DNA from: Leucoraja erinacea
Lineage: Eukaryota
DNA: 64,000 nucleotides
NCBI RefSeq assembly: GCF_028641065.1
Contig: NC_073382.1
Span: forward strand, 86,118,001 to 86,182,000
Reading direction: 5' to 3'
The position numbers and the translations under genes were made by a program. Under the pieces are notes generated by a model. That model made no database searches. It had not been told where the DNA came from and saw only the letters and a list, made by a program, of their open reading frames with translations. Of this stretch, positions 1-12,035 are shown piece by piece. Numbering within the stretch: position 1 is the first letter of the stretch; the number at the start of each line of letters is the position of its first letter.

Positions 1-111
1 TAAACTCCGAGGGAAAAGTTGGATAACATTGAAACCTGATAATTGTTTATAAATTAATGGGAAGCGTAGACAGGGTGGGCAGTCAGATCTTTATTCCTTA
101 GAATAAGGCAA

Positions 112-704
112 GGCAGTGCCTTTACCACCTCAGGCAATTGAGGAAATTCAGCATCTTGTCCGGAAATATCACAATCTGGTTTGGGAATTGCTCTGTCCAG
201 GACAAGAAGGCTCTGCAGAGAGTAGTGTGTTCGGCCGAACGCGCTGTGGGTACTACACTCGCCCCTCTGCAGGAACTATACATCAGGAGGTTCCACTCCA
301 GAGCCAATAAGATCATGGGAGACCCCTTCCACCCCTGCAATGGACTGTTATAGCTGCTACGGTCAGGCAACCGCCTCCGTTGCCACGCTGCGAGAACGGA
401 GAGGTTGAGGGTTTCTTCCCAGAGGCCTTTAGGACTGCCTTAAACTCCTACCTCACCAGGGACTAACTTTATTGTACCATTCTACTGTGTTTTTAAAAAA
501 AAAATATATTTTTAATTGCTGTTTTTTTCCCCTCTTTCCTTCCGCCCACAATATTTAATATGTAAAATAATATGTGATTCTCTTCCATTCCGTTTGTTTG
601 TTTTTTGCACAAAGTCCACGAGCATTGCAACTTTTCATTTCACTGCACATCTCGTATGTGTATGTGACAAGTAAACTTGACTTGGCTTGACTTGACTTGA
701 CTTG
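112..704 (+). mobile_element. Rex1/Babar-like LINE, 5'-truncated 3' end with (CTTGA)n tail
   Basis: ORF 138-353 (ITIWFGNCSVQDKKALQRVVCSAERAVG..PLQELY..RANKIMGDPFHP) resembles the Rex1 RT C-terminus; tandem cttga tail at about 677-704; 5' boundary approximate. Confidence 0.75.
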
Positions 705-830
705 CAATGGAAATATTAAATACAAGTCAGCACAGGTTTAAGATGAGAAAGGGATGATTTAACGAAGATTTTCAAATGTGAGTTTTTACTACTTAAATCG
801 AATTTTAACCTAATTTCCCCTCTGTTGCAG

Positions 831-1145
831 GTCCGGTGCCCGTTCGTCTGGTGAATGGGAACAACATGTGCTCCGGGAGAGTGGAGGTCTATCATAACTC
901 CACCTGGGGCAATGTCTGTGGCAGGAGCTGGGATATCAATGCGGGGAACGTGGTCTGCAAGGTGTTGAACTGTGGGACGGCCTGGTCAGTAACAAAAGCT
1001 GTCTCCTACGGAGAGGCTACTGGGAACATCTGGCTGGATGGGGTGAAGTGTAACGGTACAGAGCCTGCCCTTGACCAGTGTGCTGCCAGCCCATGGGGGG
1101 TGAATAACTGCACACACAGAGAGTTCGCTGGAGTCTCCTGCTCAG
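831..1145 (+). CDS. SRCR group B exon 1
   Basis: acceptor ttgcag ends at 830, donor gtgagt at 1146; 315 nt, open, 8 Cys (ORF 836-1153). Confidence 0.9.
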
Positions 1146-1150
1146 GTGAG

Positions 1151-2612
1151 TGAATGAATGAATAAATTAATGTTTATTGGCCAAGTATGTACACATACAA
1201 GGAATTTGTCTTGGTGCTCCGCTCGCAAGTAACATATTGACATACAGTCACAAAACCATTAAGAATAAAACATAAAACATTAAAACATTAAGAGTATGTC
1301 ACTAGAGTTTAAACATGTGAATTAAATAAAATACCTGAGCAAAAGGAGGCTACAGATGTTTGGTTATTGAGTAGAGCTACTACTCATGGGGAAAAAAGCT
1401 GTTTTTATGTCTGGCTGTGGCGGCTTTGACGGTCCGGAGTCGCCTTCCAGATGGAAGTGATTCAAAGAGTTTGTGGCCAGGGTGAGAGGGGTCAGACATG
1501 ATCTTACCCGCTCCCTTCCTGGCCCTTGCAGTGTACAGTTTGTCAATGGAAGGAAGGTTTGTTGCAGACTCTGGATGTCGTGCTGGGCGGCTGAGCCAAA
1601 CCAGACAATGATGGAGAAGGTGAGGACGGACGCTACGATGGCCGTATAGAATTGGCCATCATTGCCTGTGGCAGATTGTGTTTCCTCAGCTGCTGCAGGA
1701 AGTACATCCTCTGTTGCGCCTTTTTGACTGTGGAGTCAATGGTGGCCCCCCATTTAAGGTGCTTGGAGATGATGGGTCCAAGGAACTTAAAGGACTCCAC
1801 AGTTGTAACTGTGGTGTTGTTGATGGTGAATGGGGGGAGGGGGGGGGGGAGCTCTTCTAAAGTCTACTATCAATTCCACTGTCTTAAGAGCATTGTGCGC
1901 AAGGTGGTTACGAAGGCATCAGGTTGCCAGCTGCGTTACTTCCAGTCTGTAGGCAAATTCCTCCCCATCCTGGATCAGTGCAATCAGGATTGTGTCAACT
2001 GCAAACTTGAGAAGCTTGACAGAGGAGTCAGTGTATGTGCAGTCATTGGTGTAGATATAGAAGAGGAGAGGGGAGAGTACGCAGCCTTGCGGTGTTCCTA
2101 TACTGAGTGTCTGCGGGTCCGAGATGCGCTTTCCCAGCCTCACATGCTGTTTCCTGCCTATCAGGAAGCTGGTGATCCACTGACAGAGGGGTTCAGGCAC
2201 AGTCAACTGGGAGAGTTTGGAGTGTGGTAGCTCTGGTACAATGGTGGTGAATGCAGAGCTAAAATCCACAAACAAAATCCTCGCATAGGTTCCCTGGCGG
2301 ACTAGGTGCTGGAAGATGAAGTGCAGGCCGAGGTTGACTGCATCATCCACTGATCTATTGGCCCAGTATGCAAACTGCAGAGGGTCCAGCAGGGTTTTTG
2401 TTCAGCTTGACCAGCACGTCCTTCTATAGGTTATTCATTACTACAGAGGTCCGTGCGACAGGCCTGTTGACATTAAGACCAGTAATCCTTGTCTTTTTGG
2501 GTACAGGGACAAGGGTGGAGACTTTTGAAGTTGGCAGAGACAGTACAGATTTGCAGAGACTGGATGAAAATGTCTGTGGAAATTGGTGACAGCTGTTGCA
2601 CAGTGCTCGAGG
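1151..2612 (-). mobile_element. Rex1/Babar-like LINE fragment (degenerate RT) with (TTCA)n tail
   Basis: minus ORF 1919-2350 with ILFVDFSSAF, GTPQGCVLSPLLF and KLLKFAVDT; ORF 2424-2666 with VPKK..RPVARTSVVM; tail tgaatgaatgaa abuts the exon 1 donor. Confidence 0.85.
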
Positions 2613-2761
2613 GTTGACTTGACTTGACTTGAGTTGCGATGGAAATGTTAAAATACAAGTCGGCACAGGTTTAAGACGAGAAAAGGGATGATTTAACGAA
2701 GATTTTCGGTGAGTTTTTACAACTTAAATCGAATTTTAACCTAATTTCCCCTCTGTTGCAG

Positions 2762-3076
2762 GTCCGGTGCCAGTCCGTCTGGTGAATGGGAACAACATGT
2801 GCTCCGGGAGAGTGGAGGTCTATCATAACTCCACCTGGAGCACCGTCTGCGGCAGGAGCTGGGATATAAATGCGGGGAATGTGGTCTGCAGGGTGTTGAA
2901 CTGTGGGACGGCCCGTCAGTAACAACAGCTGCTTTCCTACGGAGAGGCCACTGGGAACATCTGGCTAGATGGGGTGAAGTGTAACGGGACAGAGCCTGCC
3001 CTCGACCAGTGTCCTGCCAGCCCATGGGGGGTGAATAACTGCACACACGGAGAGTACGCTGGAGTCTCCTGCTCAG
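2762..3076 (+). pseudogene. SRCR exon 2, disrupted (compensating -1/+1 indels with in-frame TAA)
   Basis: splice sites intact and length still 315, but gcccgt (vs gcccggt) and gctttcc (vs gcttcc) give gcc cgt cag TAA at 2920-2922. Confidence 0.75.
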
Positions 3077-3811
3077 GTGAGTGTGGGTGGGGCTGGTACT
3101 CTCTCAGCAGGGTGGGCTTCAGGCGGGGCTCGGTGAGGGGGAGCACCTGCAGCAGCGGAATGGGAGGGCTTCAGGTGGAGGCCAGTGGGGGGGCTTTCGG
3201 AGGGCTAGTATGGGTGTTGTGGGTTGAAGGGTGTGGCCTCTGGAGGGCTTATATGCACATGTGGGCGGAAAGGACTGTTCTTTGGCTAGTCCTGCAGCTG
3301 GAGACGGGGTGGCTTCAGGTGGGGGTTGGAGGGAGCACTCTGTCTATTGAAAAGATTCAGGAGGATTTTACCAGGAGTGAAAGGTTTGAGTTATAGGGAG
3401 TCACTGGATAGAATAAGAGAATAATAATAGAAGGTAAACAGGAGGATAGAGCAGGGAAACTGGCCCTTCAGCCCACAGACTCCGCACTGATCATCACCCA
3501 TTCACTCATACTAATCTCAGATCTCAGATCACTCACCACACATTTCCGTCAACTCCCCAGACTCCCACCCTTATTGACACACTCGGGGAATTAACGCCAG
3601 ACGATTAACTCAATTAGCTGAGATATGAGAGAGAATTGGTGCATCCGGGGGGGAAATTCATGCAGATCAGAGGGAGTGGGAAGACCAGATAAGCTGGAGT
3701 GAACGGACCAGGATCTGAAAGAGGTTCATAAAATCACAAGGGGCACAGATAACGTGGACATCACAACATATATGTGGGAAGGGACTGCAGATGTTGATTT
3801 AAACCGAAGAT

Positions 3812-3984
3812 GGACACAAAAAGTTGTGTAACTCAGCGGATCAGACAGCCTCTCTAGAGAACAGGAAATGGTTTCGGTACGTGAACCGGCTTCTGACTGA
3901 AAAAGGTCTCGACCTTAAAAATCACCTGTTCCTTCTCACCAGAGATGCTGTCTGCCCGCTGAGTTACTCTGGCTTTTTGGTGTC
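3812..3984. repeat. Palindromic Penelope-like-derived element; about 13 copies, one per long intron unit (starts near 3812, 11387, 22998, 33841, 36216, 38416, 41638, 43688, 45668, 47718, 49762, 50782, 62604)
   Basis: arms acacaaaaag..gtaactcagcgg..cagacag..tctct..gagaa / ttctc..agagatgctgtctg.ccgctgagttac..ctttttg are reverse complements around a tcagactga-type centre; family assignment is inference. Confidence 0.65.
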
Positions 3985-4287
3985 AATCACAATATATGTC
4001 CCTGGGCATGAGAGTGGGACGACATAGAGGGCACAGGTTGAAGGTGAAAATGCAAAGATTTAATAGGAACCTGAGACGTAACACACAGAGGGTAATGGGT
4101 GCATGGACAGAGCTGCCAGAGGAAGTGATTGAGGCAGGTGCAGTAAAAGCAACATTTAAAAGACATCTGGACAGATAAATGAATAAGAAAGCTTTGGCCA
4201 GCAGGGTAGCAGCGACCTGCTGGCTACCCTGCTGAAAATCACATGCAATCCTGCTGCAGATTTAACTTTATCCCCCCTCTGTTGCAG

Positions 4288-4602
4288 GACCGGTGCCCGT
4301 CCGTCTGGTGAATGGGAACAACATGTGCTCCGGGAGAGTGGAGGTCTATCATAACTCCACCTGGAGCACCGTCTGCGGCAGGAGCTGGGATATCAATGCA
4401 GGGAATGTGGTCTGCAGGGTGTTGAACTGTGGGACGGCCCGGTCAGTAACAACAGCTGCTTCCTACGGAGAGGCCACTGGGAACATCTGGCTAGATGGGG
4501 TGAAGTGTAACGGGACAGAGCCTGCCCTCGACCAGTGTCCTGCCAGCCCATGGGGGGTGAATAACTGCACACGCGGAGAGTACGCTGGAGTCTCCTGCTC
4601 AG
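4288..4602 (+). CDS. SRCR group B exon 3
   Basis: ttgcag/ga ccg gtg ... tca g/gtgagt; 315 nt, open (ORF 4293). Confidence 0.9.
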
Positions 4603-4705
4603 GTGAGTGTGGATGGGGCTGGTACTCTCTCAGCAGGGTGGGCTTCAGGCGGGGCTCGGTGAGGGGGAGCATCCTGCAGCAGCGGAAGGGGAGGGCTTCA
4701 GGTGG

Positions 4706-5463
4706 AGGCCAGTGGGGGGGCTTTCGGAGGGCTAGTATGGGTGTTGTGGGTTGAAGGGTGTGGCCTCTGGAGGGCTTATATGCACATGTGGGCGGAAAGG
4801 ACTGTTCTTGGGCTAGTCCTGCAGCTGGAGACGGGGTGGCTTCGGGTGGGGGTTGGAGGGAGAAACTCCGTAGCTGAGGGAGGGGCCAGCTTCAGGCAGG
4901 GGCTGGTGGGGAGTGCTGCCATGGCCTACTGCTGCCTTGGCCTGCCACTGGGTGGGGGGGGGGGGGGGTGTGGGGGGGGGGGGGGTTGGGATTGTGTGGG
5001 CGGGGGTGGTGTGCCCCACTAGCACCTGGCCCTGTCAGCGCCTGGCCCCACCAGAGCCAGGCCCCACCAGAGCCCTGCTCCTTCAATTACCCTCACTTCT
5101 GGACTCAGTCACTCAGTCCCTGCTTCTGGACTCACTCACTCACGGCTTCTGGACTCACTCATGGACTCAGCCCGGCCTCCTGGGCTTTATTCTCTTCGCC
5201 TCAGTAAATGACAGTGGGTGCCGGAAGGGGCGTTGCCGTCCTGACGACTGACAGGAGAGAGGGCCTATCGGCTGATCTTATGATTTTTAAAACGTCATAA
5301 CTTTTGAAATATTGCACTGATCGGAACATAAGTAGATGTGCTTGGAGCACAGGAGAACAGCGAGTAAGATGCCAAAAAATCATAGCGCTATCGGTACCAT
5401 TTTTCGGCAAATTTAAAGACAACTTAAAAACCGGAAGATGACAAAGTTTTAGTTAAGTATAGA
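4706..5463 (-). mobile_element. Non-autonomous Helitron-like element, 5' end present, 3' hairpin missing
   Basis: minus strand begins A|TCTATACTTAACTAAAAC at 5463; the left part (ggccagtgggggggctttc..gctagtatgggtgttgtggg) matches the element whose hairpin end is at 5641; related pieces at about 3180-3340 and 9330-9660. Confidence 0.55.
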
Positions 5464-5470
5464 TAGATAG

Positions 5471-5620
5471 AACATACTGCATCTGCCATGCATCTGCCCA
5501 CTCACTAAACCTGTCCAAGTCTCCCGGCAATCTCCTAGCATCCTCTTCGCAGTTCACACTGCCACCCAGCTTTGTGTCATCTGCAAATTTGCTAGTATCA
5601 CTTTTAATCCCTTCATCTAA
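5471..5620 (-). mobile_element. CR1 LINE RT fragment
   Basis: [49 protein letters not shown] in minus ORF 5453-5758. Confidence 0.85.
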
Positions 5621-5640
5621 AGGTATTATAATAATATTAA

Positions 5641-6326
5641 CTCGACTAAGTGGGACCCGTTGGGTCCCATAATCACACGGGAAAGCTGGTCCCCCAACGC
5701 AATATTCCACATCTCCGCCATTGCTGGCCAGTGGGGGGGCTTTCTGGAGTGCTAGCATGGGTGTTGTGGGCTGAAGGGACTGGTTTCCAGAGGGCTAGTA
5801 TGGACATTGTGGGCCAAATGGAATCTTGGGCTGGCAGCTCAGTCACTCAGACCTGGTAGGCTGGCAGCTCAGTAACAGGCATGGCTGGCTGGCAGCTCAG
5901 AAACTGCCAGAAATTCTGCATAAAACAGATGACAGACTCTGTGAGGGAGAAATGGGAGAGGGTGGACAATCAATTTTAGACATTTTCATCTTTTTTTAGA
6001 TCACAACCATGAAGGATGAAAGTCTATCCTTGTGTGGATATCTGGAGTACTAGTATGGGTGTTATGGGCCTAAGAGACGGGTTTCCAGAGGGCTAGTATG
6101 CACATTGTGGACTGAATGGATTCTTGGACTTGCAGTTCAGTGAGTCATGGCTGGTGGGCTGGCACTTCAGTCACTTACAGCTGGTGGGCTGGCAGTTCAC
6201 TTACTCATAGCTGATGGGCTGGCAGTCCAGTCACTCATGGCTGGTGTGCTGGCAGTTCACTCAGTCATCCTACCCCCCCCCCCCCCCCCCCCCCCACTCT
6301 TGCCATTCCCCAGCAAATTCACACAC
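5641..6326 (-). mobile_element. Helitron-like element 3' end with terminal hairpin, running into the assembly gap
   Basis: perfect 8-bp hairpin tgggaccc-gtt-gggtccca (5651-5669) about 10 nt from a CTAG-like end (CGAG on the minus strand); internal ~30-nt minisatellite at 6146-6268. Confidence 0.55.
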
Positions 6327-6474
6327 NNNNNNNNNNNNNNNNNNNNNNNNNNNNNNNNNNNNNNNNNNNNNNNNNNNNNNNNNNNNNNNNNNNNNNNNNN
6401 NNNNNNNNNNNNNNNNNNNNNNNNNNNNNNNNNNNNNNNNNNNNNNNNNNNNNNNNNNNNNNNNNNNNNNNNNN
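6327..6474. other. Assembly gap (N run)
   Basis: 148 N. Confidence 1.
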
Positions 6475-6732
6475 TTTCTCAACTTATCCTTGAATCACTA
6501 CTGATTAAATGTCTAGAAACATCAAAAGACTTTGAAATTAAAACCACCGGCTTCAACTGATGGCGTCACAATGTCTCAGCGAACAGAGATTAGCCTCAAT
6601 GAAGATTTCATCCTAGTGCTGGAATCTTTCATTCAGGAACAGTTTGAGTTGGAGGTCCACACCTACGTAAGGGCTACGGGTAGGGAGCAGGTGCGAGGGT
6701 GGAGCAGACACATTGGGTCTGCACTTGGTCTA

Positions 6733-8389
6733 GTATATTGTAAATAGTTGCGGCCCCAGCCCCGAGCCTTGCGGCACTTCACTCGCCACTGCGTGCCATT
6801 CTAACAGGGACCCGTTTATTCCAACTCTTTGTTTCATGTCTGCCATCCAATTCTCTATCCATGTCAATACCCTACCCCAATACCATGTGCAATAATTTTG
6901 CCCACTAATCTCCTGTGTGGGATCTTATCAAAAACATTCTGAAAGTCCAGATACCCGATGTCCACTGGCTCGCCTTCATCCAGTTTACTTGTCACATCCA
7001 CAAAAAATTCCAGAAGATTAGTCAGTTCCTCTGTGTCCCTAGACCCTCTGTCCTCTAGTACATCCGGAAGATTGCTTGTGTCTTCCATAGAGATGACTGA
7101 GCCAAAGCACCTTTTCAACTTCTCTGCCATTTCCTTATTCCCCATAATAATTTCACCTGGTTCTGCCTTCAAGGGGCCCACATTTGTGTTTACTAATCTT
7201 TTTCTCTTAACATATCTAAAGAAGCTTTTACTATCCTTCTTTATATTCTTGGCCAGCTTACCTTCGTACCTCACCTTTTAACCTCGTATTGCCCTTTTTG
7301 TTACCCTCTGTTGTCCTTTGAGAGTTTCCCAATCCTCTGGCTTCCCGCTACTCTTTGCGATGTTTTAGTTTTATTCCATCCCTATCTTCCATTGTCAGCC
7401 ACGGTTGCCTCTTATTCCCTTTAGAATCTTTCTTCCTCTTTGGAATGAAATGATCCTGCATCTTCTGGATTATGCCTAGAAATTCCTGCCAATTCTGTTC
7501 CAACGTCATTCCTGCCGGTCGACCGTCGTCAGCTCCTCTCTCATGGCTCCATAGCCTCTTTGTTCAACTGCAATACTGACACTTATGATTTAATCTTCTC
7601 CCTCTCAAATTGCAGATTAAAATGTATCATATTATGGTCACTACCTCCTAGCGGTTACTTTATCTTGAGTTCCCTTATTAAATCCGGTTCATTAGACAAC
7701 ATTAAATCCAGAATTGCCTTCTCTCTGGTCGGCTGCAGTATAAGCTGTTCTAATAAGAATCCATCTCGGAGGCGCTCTACACACTCCCTTTCTTGGGGTT
7801 CAGCACATACCTGATTTACCCAGTCTACCTGCACATTGAAAACTTCCATAACCACAGTGGCATTACCTTTGTTGCATGCCAATTTTAACTCATGTTGCAA
7901 CTTGCACCCTATATCCAGGCTACTGTTTGGGGGCCTGTAGATATCTCCCATTTGTCTCTTCTTACCTTTACAATTCCTCAATTCTATCCACAGTGACTTT
8001 ACATTGTCAGTCCCTATGTCACCACTCGCAAGGGACTGAAATTCATCCGTCACCAACAGAACTACCCCACCTCTGCCCATCTGCCAGTCCTTTCTATAGG
8101 ACATACAACCCTGAATATTCAGTTCCCAGTCCCGATCCTCCTGCAGCCATGTTTCTGTAATCCACACAATGTCATATCAACTAATCTCTAACTAACTTTC
8201 TTATACGTTGTGCATTCATATATAATACTTTTTTATCCATTATACACCTTGCCTTTCACATCGATTCCTATTTCTCTTGGCCATACTCTCCTATCCCTTT
8301 GTGAGCTTCCTGTCCATTTAATCCTGGTGTCTTTCTCAACTATTCCTCTACTCTTTATTCCGTTAACTCCAGCCTTATTTTTCCAATTT
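6733..8389 (-). mobile_element. Degenerate CR1 LINE ORF2 (APE endonuclease plus RT, internally deleted)
   Basis: ORF 7655-8167 ITETWL..RKD..GG..SLWIELRN..IYRPPNS..ILDL; ORF 6864-7274 KSFFRYVKRK..TNLLEFF..YLDFQNVFD; boundaries approximate. Confidence 0.85.
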
Positions 8390-8910
8390 GTCTCCTACGG
8401 AGAGGCCACTGGGAATCTTTCCCTTTCATAATTCATGGTGGAAAGTCCATACTTCATTGAAAGTGACACAGAAGTAGATAGGATGTCATTGTAAGCATAC
8501 GGTGTGATTGCCTCAATGGGTCAGGGTAATGAATATGAATGATGGGACGTCATTGGCAGTTGTATAAAACTTTGGTGAGATGACATTTGGAGAATTGTCT
8601 GTAGTTTGTCCCATTACAGGATAGATTCATAGTTATATATATGGTTAACAAAAGTTTCAAGATGTTGACTTGAATAGAGAATATTAGCTATTAGGATATT
8701 GTGGGGAAATTCAGAGTGTTTTCTCCAGATCACCGGAGGCTGAGGTGTTACCAGATAGAAGTGAATGACGTTTCCTCGACCATTATCTGTCCCACTCACC
8801 TCTCACTGCCAGCATCGTCATATTACACAGTCGAAACTGTCACTTTGTTAATTCTCAGCACCATTTGAGAAGTTATGTCTAATTTCATCCTCATCCCCCC
8901 TTTGTTGCAG

Positions 8911-9225
8911 GGCCGGTGCCTGTCCGTCTGGTGAATGGGAACAACATGTGCTCCGGGAGAGTGGAGGTCTATCATAACTCCACCTGGGGCATCGTCTGCG
9001 GCAGGAGCTGGGATATCAATGCGGGGAACGTGGTCTGCAGGGTGTTGAACTGTGGGCCGGCCCGGTCAGTAACAACAGCTGTGTCCTACGGAGAGGCCAC
9101 TGGGAACATCTGGCTGGATGGGGTGAAGTGTAATGGGACAGAGCCTGCCCTCGACCAGTGTCCTGCCAGCCCATGGGGTGTGAATCACTGCACACGCGGA
9201 GAGTACGCTGTAGTCTCCTGCTCAG
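8911..9225 (+). CDS. SRCR group B exon 4
   Basis: ttgcag / gtgagt, 315 nt, open (ORF 8916). Confidence 0.9.
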
Positions 9226-10154
9226 GTGAGTGTGGGTGGGGCTGGTACTCTCTCAGCAGAGTGGGCTTCAGGCGGGGGTCGGTGGGAGGTCGCATCCTGC
9301 AGCAGCGGAAGGGGAGGCCTTCATGTTGGGGACAGAGGGGTTTATTTCTGGACGGCTAATGTGGGTGTTGTGGGTTGAAGGGAGTGGCCTCTGGAAGGCT
9401 AGTATGCACACTGTGGGCAGAATGGACTGTTCTTGGGCTAGTCCTGCAGCTGGGGACGGGGTGGTTTCTGGTGGGGGCTGGAGAGAGCATTCTGTAGCTG
9501 AGTGAGGGGTCAGCTTCAGACTGGGGGGGGGGGGGGCTGGGGGGGGGGGGGAGGGGGGGGGAGGGGGGGGGGGGGGGGAAGAGTGCCCCTGGCTTCTGGA
9601 CTTACTCATTCCCGCGTTCTGGACTCACTCATTCCCGGCTACTGGACTCACTCACTCTCGGCTTAGAAATTTCATATTCTGGGGCAATATGAAATTTCCC
9701 CAACTATTAATATCCCACCCTGTCTATAAATGCTGGAGTCTCCAGTTCAGTGGAGTGTGGGTGGTGAGGCAAGGTTGCAAACCTTCTACAGAACTTTTGT
9801 TGTATATTTGTGCTCTCATCCCTCCAGACTTATCATCTTGGTTTGCTGCTTGTTTCACTGTCTTGCTGTGACTATAGAACTCCAGAATGTAGGGGATTAC
9901 ATTTGTCTTTTTCATGTGCGCCTCTAATGAAATATAGGCATGTTTAAGGATTCAGATCAGTGAATGAAGAAGAACAATTCAGATTACAAACCACTATCTT
10001 TATTAAAAATAAATCCGAAACAAAGTTTAAAAGCAACGGCTTATGTCTTTTAAATGTCACTTTAGCATCTGCCTCCACCACCACATCTGGCATTGCGTGC
10101 CAGGCACCCTGTGTGAAAAAGAACAAGCCCCGTATATCATTCTTTTCAGTGATA

Positions 10155-10382
10155 TGACTACAAGTGCTGTCTGTACGGAGTTTGCACGTTCTCCATGTGA
10201 TCACGTGGGTTTTCTCCGGGTGTTCTAGTTTCCTCACACACTCCAAATACATGCAGGTTTGTAGGTTAATTGGCTTCTAGTGTGTAGAACAGGACTATTG
10301 TATAGGCAATCGCTGGAGATGTGGACAGTGGACTGAAGGACCTTTTTCCTTGCTGTATCTCTAAAACTAAAAACTAAAACTA
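10155..10382 (+). mobile_element. V-SINE (HE1-like) with (CTAAA)n tail; paralogous copy at about 56150-56382
   Basis: central domain gctgtctgtacggagtttgcacgttctcc..gtgggttttctccggg..ttcctc..ccaaa..caggtttgtaggttaattggc; tail ctaaaactaaaaactaaaac. Confidence 0.65.
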
Positions 10383-11847
10383 CATTGGGAAAGTGGGCCA
10401 AGGACCGGCAGATGGAGTTTAATTGTGACAAGCGCAAACTGATGCATTATGGGAAGGTAAAGCAGAGAACAATTTACAGAGTAAATTGCAGGGCCCTGGG
10501 AATGTTTGTAGACACAGAGACCTAGGGCTACAAGTACTCGATTCCTTGAAAGTAGCAACACAGACAGACAGGGTGGCGAAGAAGGCATTTGGCATAATTG
10601 CCTTCATTGGTCAGGGCTTTGACTAGAGAAGGTGGGAGGTCTGAATGTAGCTCTATAAGGCTTTAGTTTGAACAGTTTTGTAGTATTCTGTTATATTCTG
10701 GTTCGCTCCATTACAGGAAAGACGTGGACGCTTTGGAGAGGGAGCAAAAGTTCACCAAGAGGCTTTTAGATAGGCAGATGAATATGGAGGGAATAAGAAT
10801 ATGGACCATGTGCAGGCAGCGGAGAATAGCTTATCTTGACATCACATTTGGGCACAGGCATTGTGGGCCGATGGACCTGTTCTGATGTACGTCATGTATT
10901 GTGTGTTGTCTGGTAGTTCAAAGTGTGCAGAAAAGATTCAGGAGGATTTTACAAGGATTTACAAGGGTTTGAGGTATAGGGAGACACTGGATAAAATAAG
11001 AGAAGTTAATAGATGGCAAACAGGAGGATAGAGCAGGGCAACTGGCCCTTCAGCCCACCGACTCTGCACTGATCATCACCCATTCACTCATACTAATCTC
11101 AGATCACTCTTCACACATTCCCGTCAACTCCCCAGACTCCCACCCTTATTGACACACTCGGGAAATTAACGGCAGACAATTAACTCAATTAGCTGAGATA
11201 TGAGAGAGAATTGGAGCATCCGGGGGGAAATTCATGCAGATCAGAGGGAGTGGAAAGTCCGGATAATCTGGAGCGAAGGGACTAGGGTCTGAAAGAGGTT
11301 CATAAAATCACAAGGGGCCCAGATAACATGGACATCACAACATATGTGTGGGAAGGAACTGCAGATGTTGATTTAAACCGAAGATGGACACAAAAAGCTT
11401 GTGTAACTCAGCGGATCAGACAGTCTCTCCAGAGAACAGGAATAGGCTTCGGTTCGTGAACCGTCTTCTGACTGAAAAAGGGCCTCGACCTTAAAAATCA
11501 CCTGTTCCTTCTCACCAGAGATGCTGTCTGCTCGCTCAGTTATTCTGGGTTTTTGAGTCGATCACAAATATATGCCCCAGGTCATGAGAGTGGGATGACA
11601 TAGAGGGCACAGGTTGGAGGTGAAAGGGAAAAGACTTAATAGGAACCTGAGACGTAACACACAGAGGGTAGTGGGTGCATGGACAGAGCTGCCAGAGGAA
11701 GTGGTTGAGGCAGGTGCAACAAAAGCAACATTTAAAAGACATTTGGACAGATAAATGAATAGTAAAGCTTTGCAGGGATATGGACAGAATTCAGGGAAAG
11801 GGACTGGCGTAGAGGGAGCATCTTGGTCTGTTGGGTGACTTGAGCTG

Positions 11848-12022
11848 TGTTGTGTCCTAGAGTCACCACTAGAGGGCTCTGCCTCGAGATGAATGTTTCC
11901 TAAGGTGGGTCCCTGGGAGATGTGCAGGGGTTTTGCAGCAGCCATGTTAGGCTTGTAATAAACACACTTCGGGTTTGTACACCAAGTGTAGATTGTGAAT
12001 TATTTAGCCCTCGAACACAACA
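11848..12022 (+). repeat. 5' LTR
   Basis: 175-bp direct repeat of 15518-15690 with terminal inverted repeat TGTTGTGT/ACACAACA and an internal AATAAA. Confidence 0.95.
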
Positions 12023-12035
12023 TCTGGCGACGAGG

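Noticed and set aside
836-1153. ORF-track proteins starting MPVRLVNG or MSFENLTLIS as stand-alone single-domain genes
   Set aside because: The starts are GTG codons inside exons or introns, with no signal peptide; conserved splice sites explain the boundaries
1652-2230. 192-aa plus-strand ORF and many recurrent 60-150 aa ORFs in introns or antisense to exons
   Set aside because: Antisense or off-frame readings of LINE remnants and SRCR exons; they recur only because the DNA is duplicated and their frames are not conserved
6146-6296. Repetitive ORF MAGGLALQSLTAGGLAVH.. with poly-Pro
   Set aside because: Translation of a ~30-nt minisatellite and a poly-C run inside a Helitron-like repeat next to an assembly gap
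9523-9578. Long G runs (also 4951-4985) as G-quadruplex switch-like regions
   Set aside because: Low-complexity tracts inside a repeat, with unreliable length in assemblies and absent from most units
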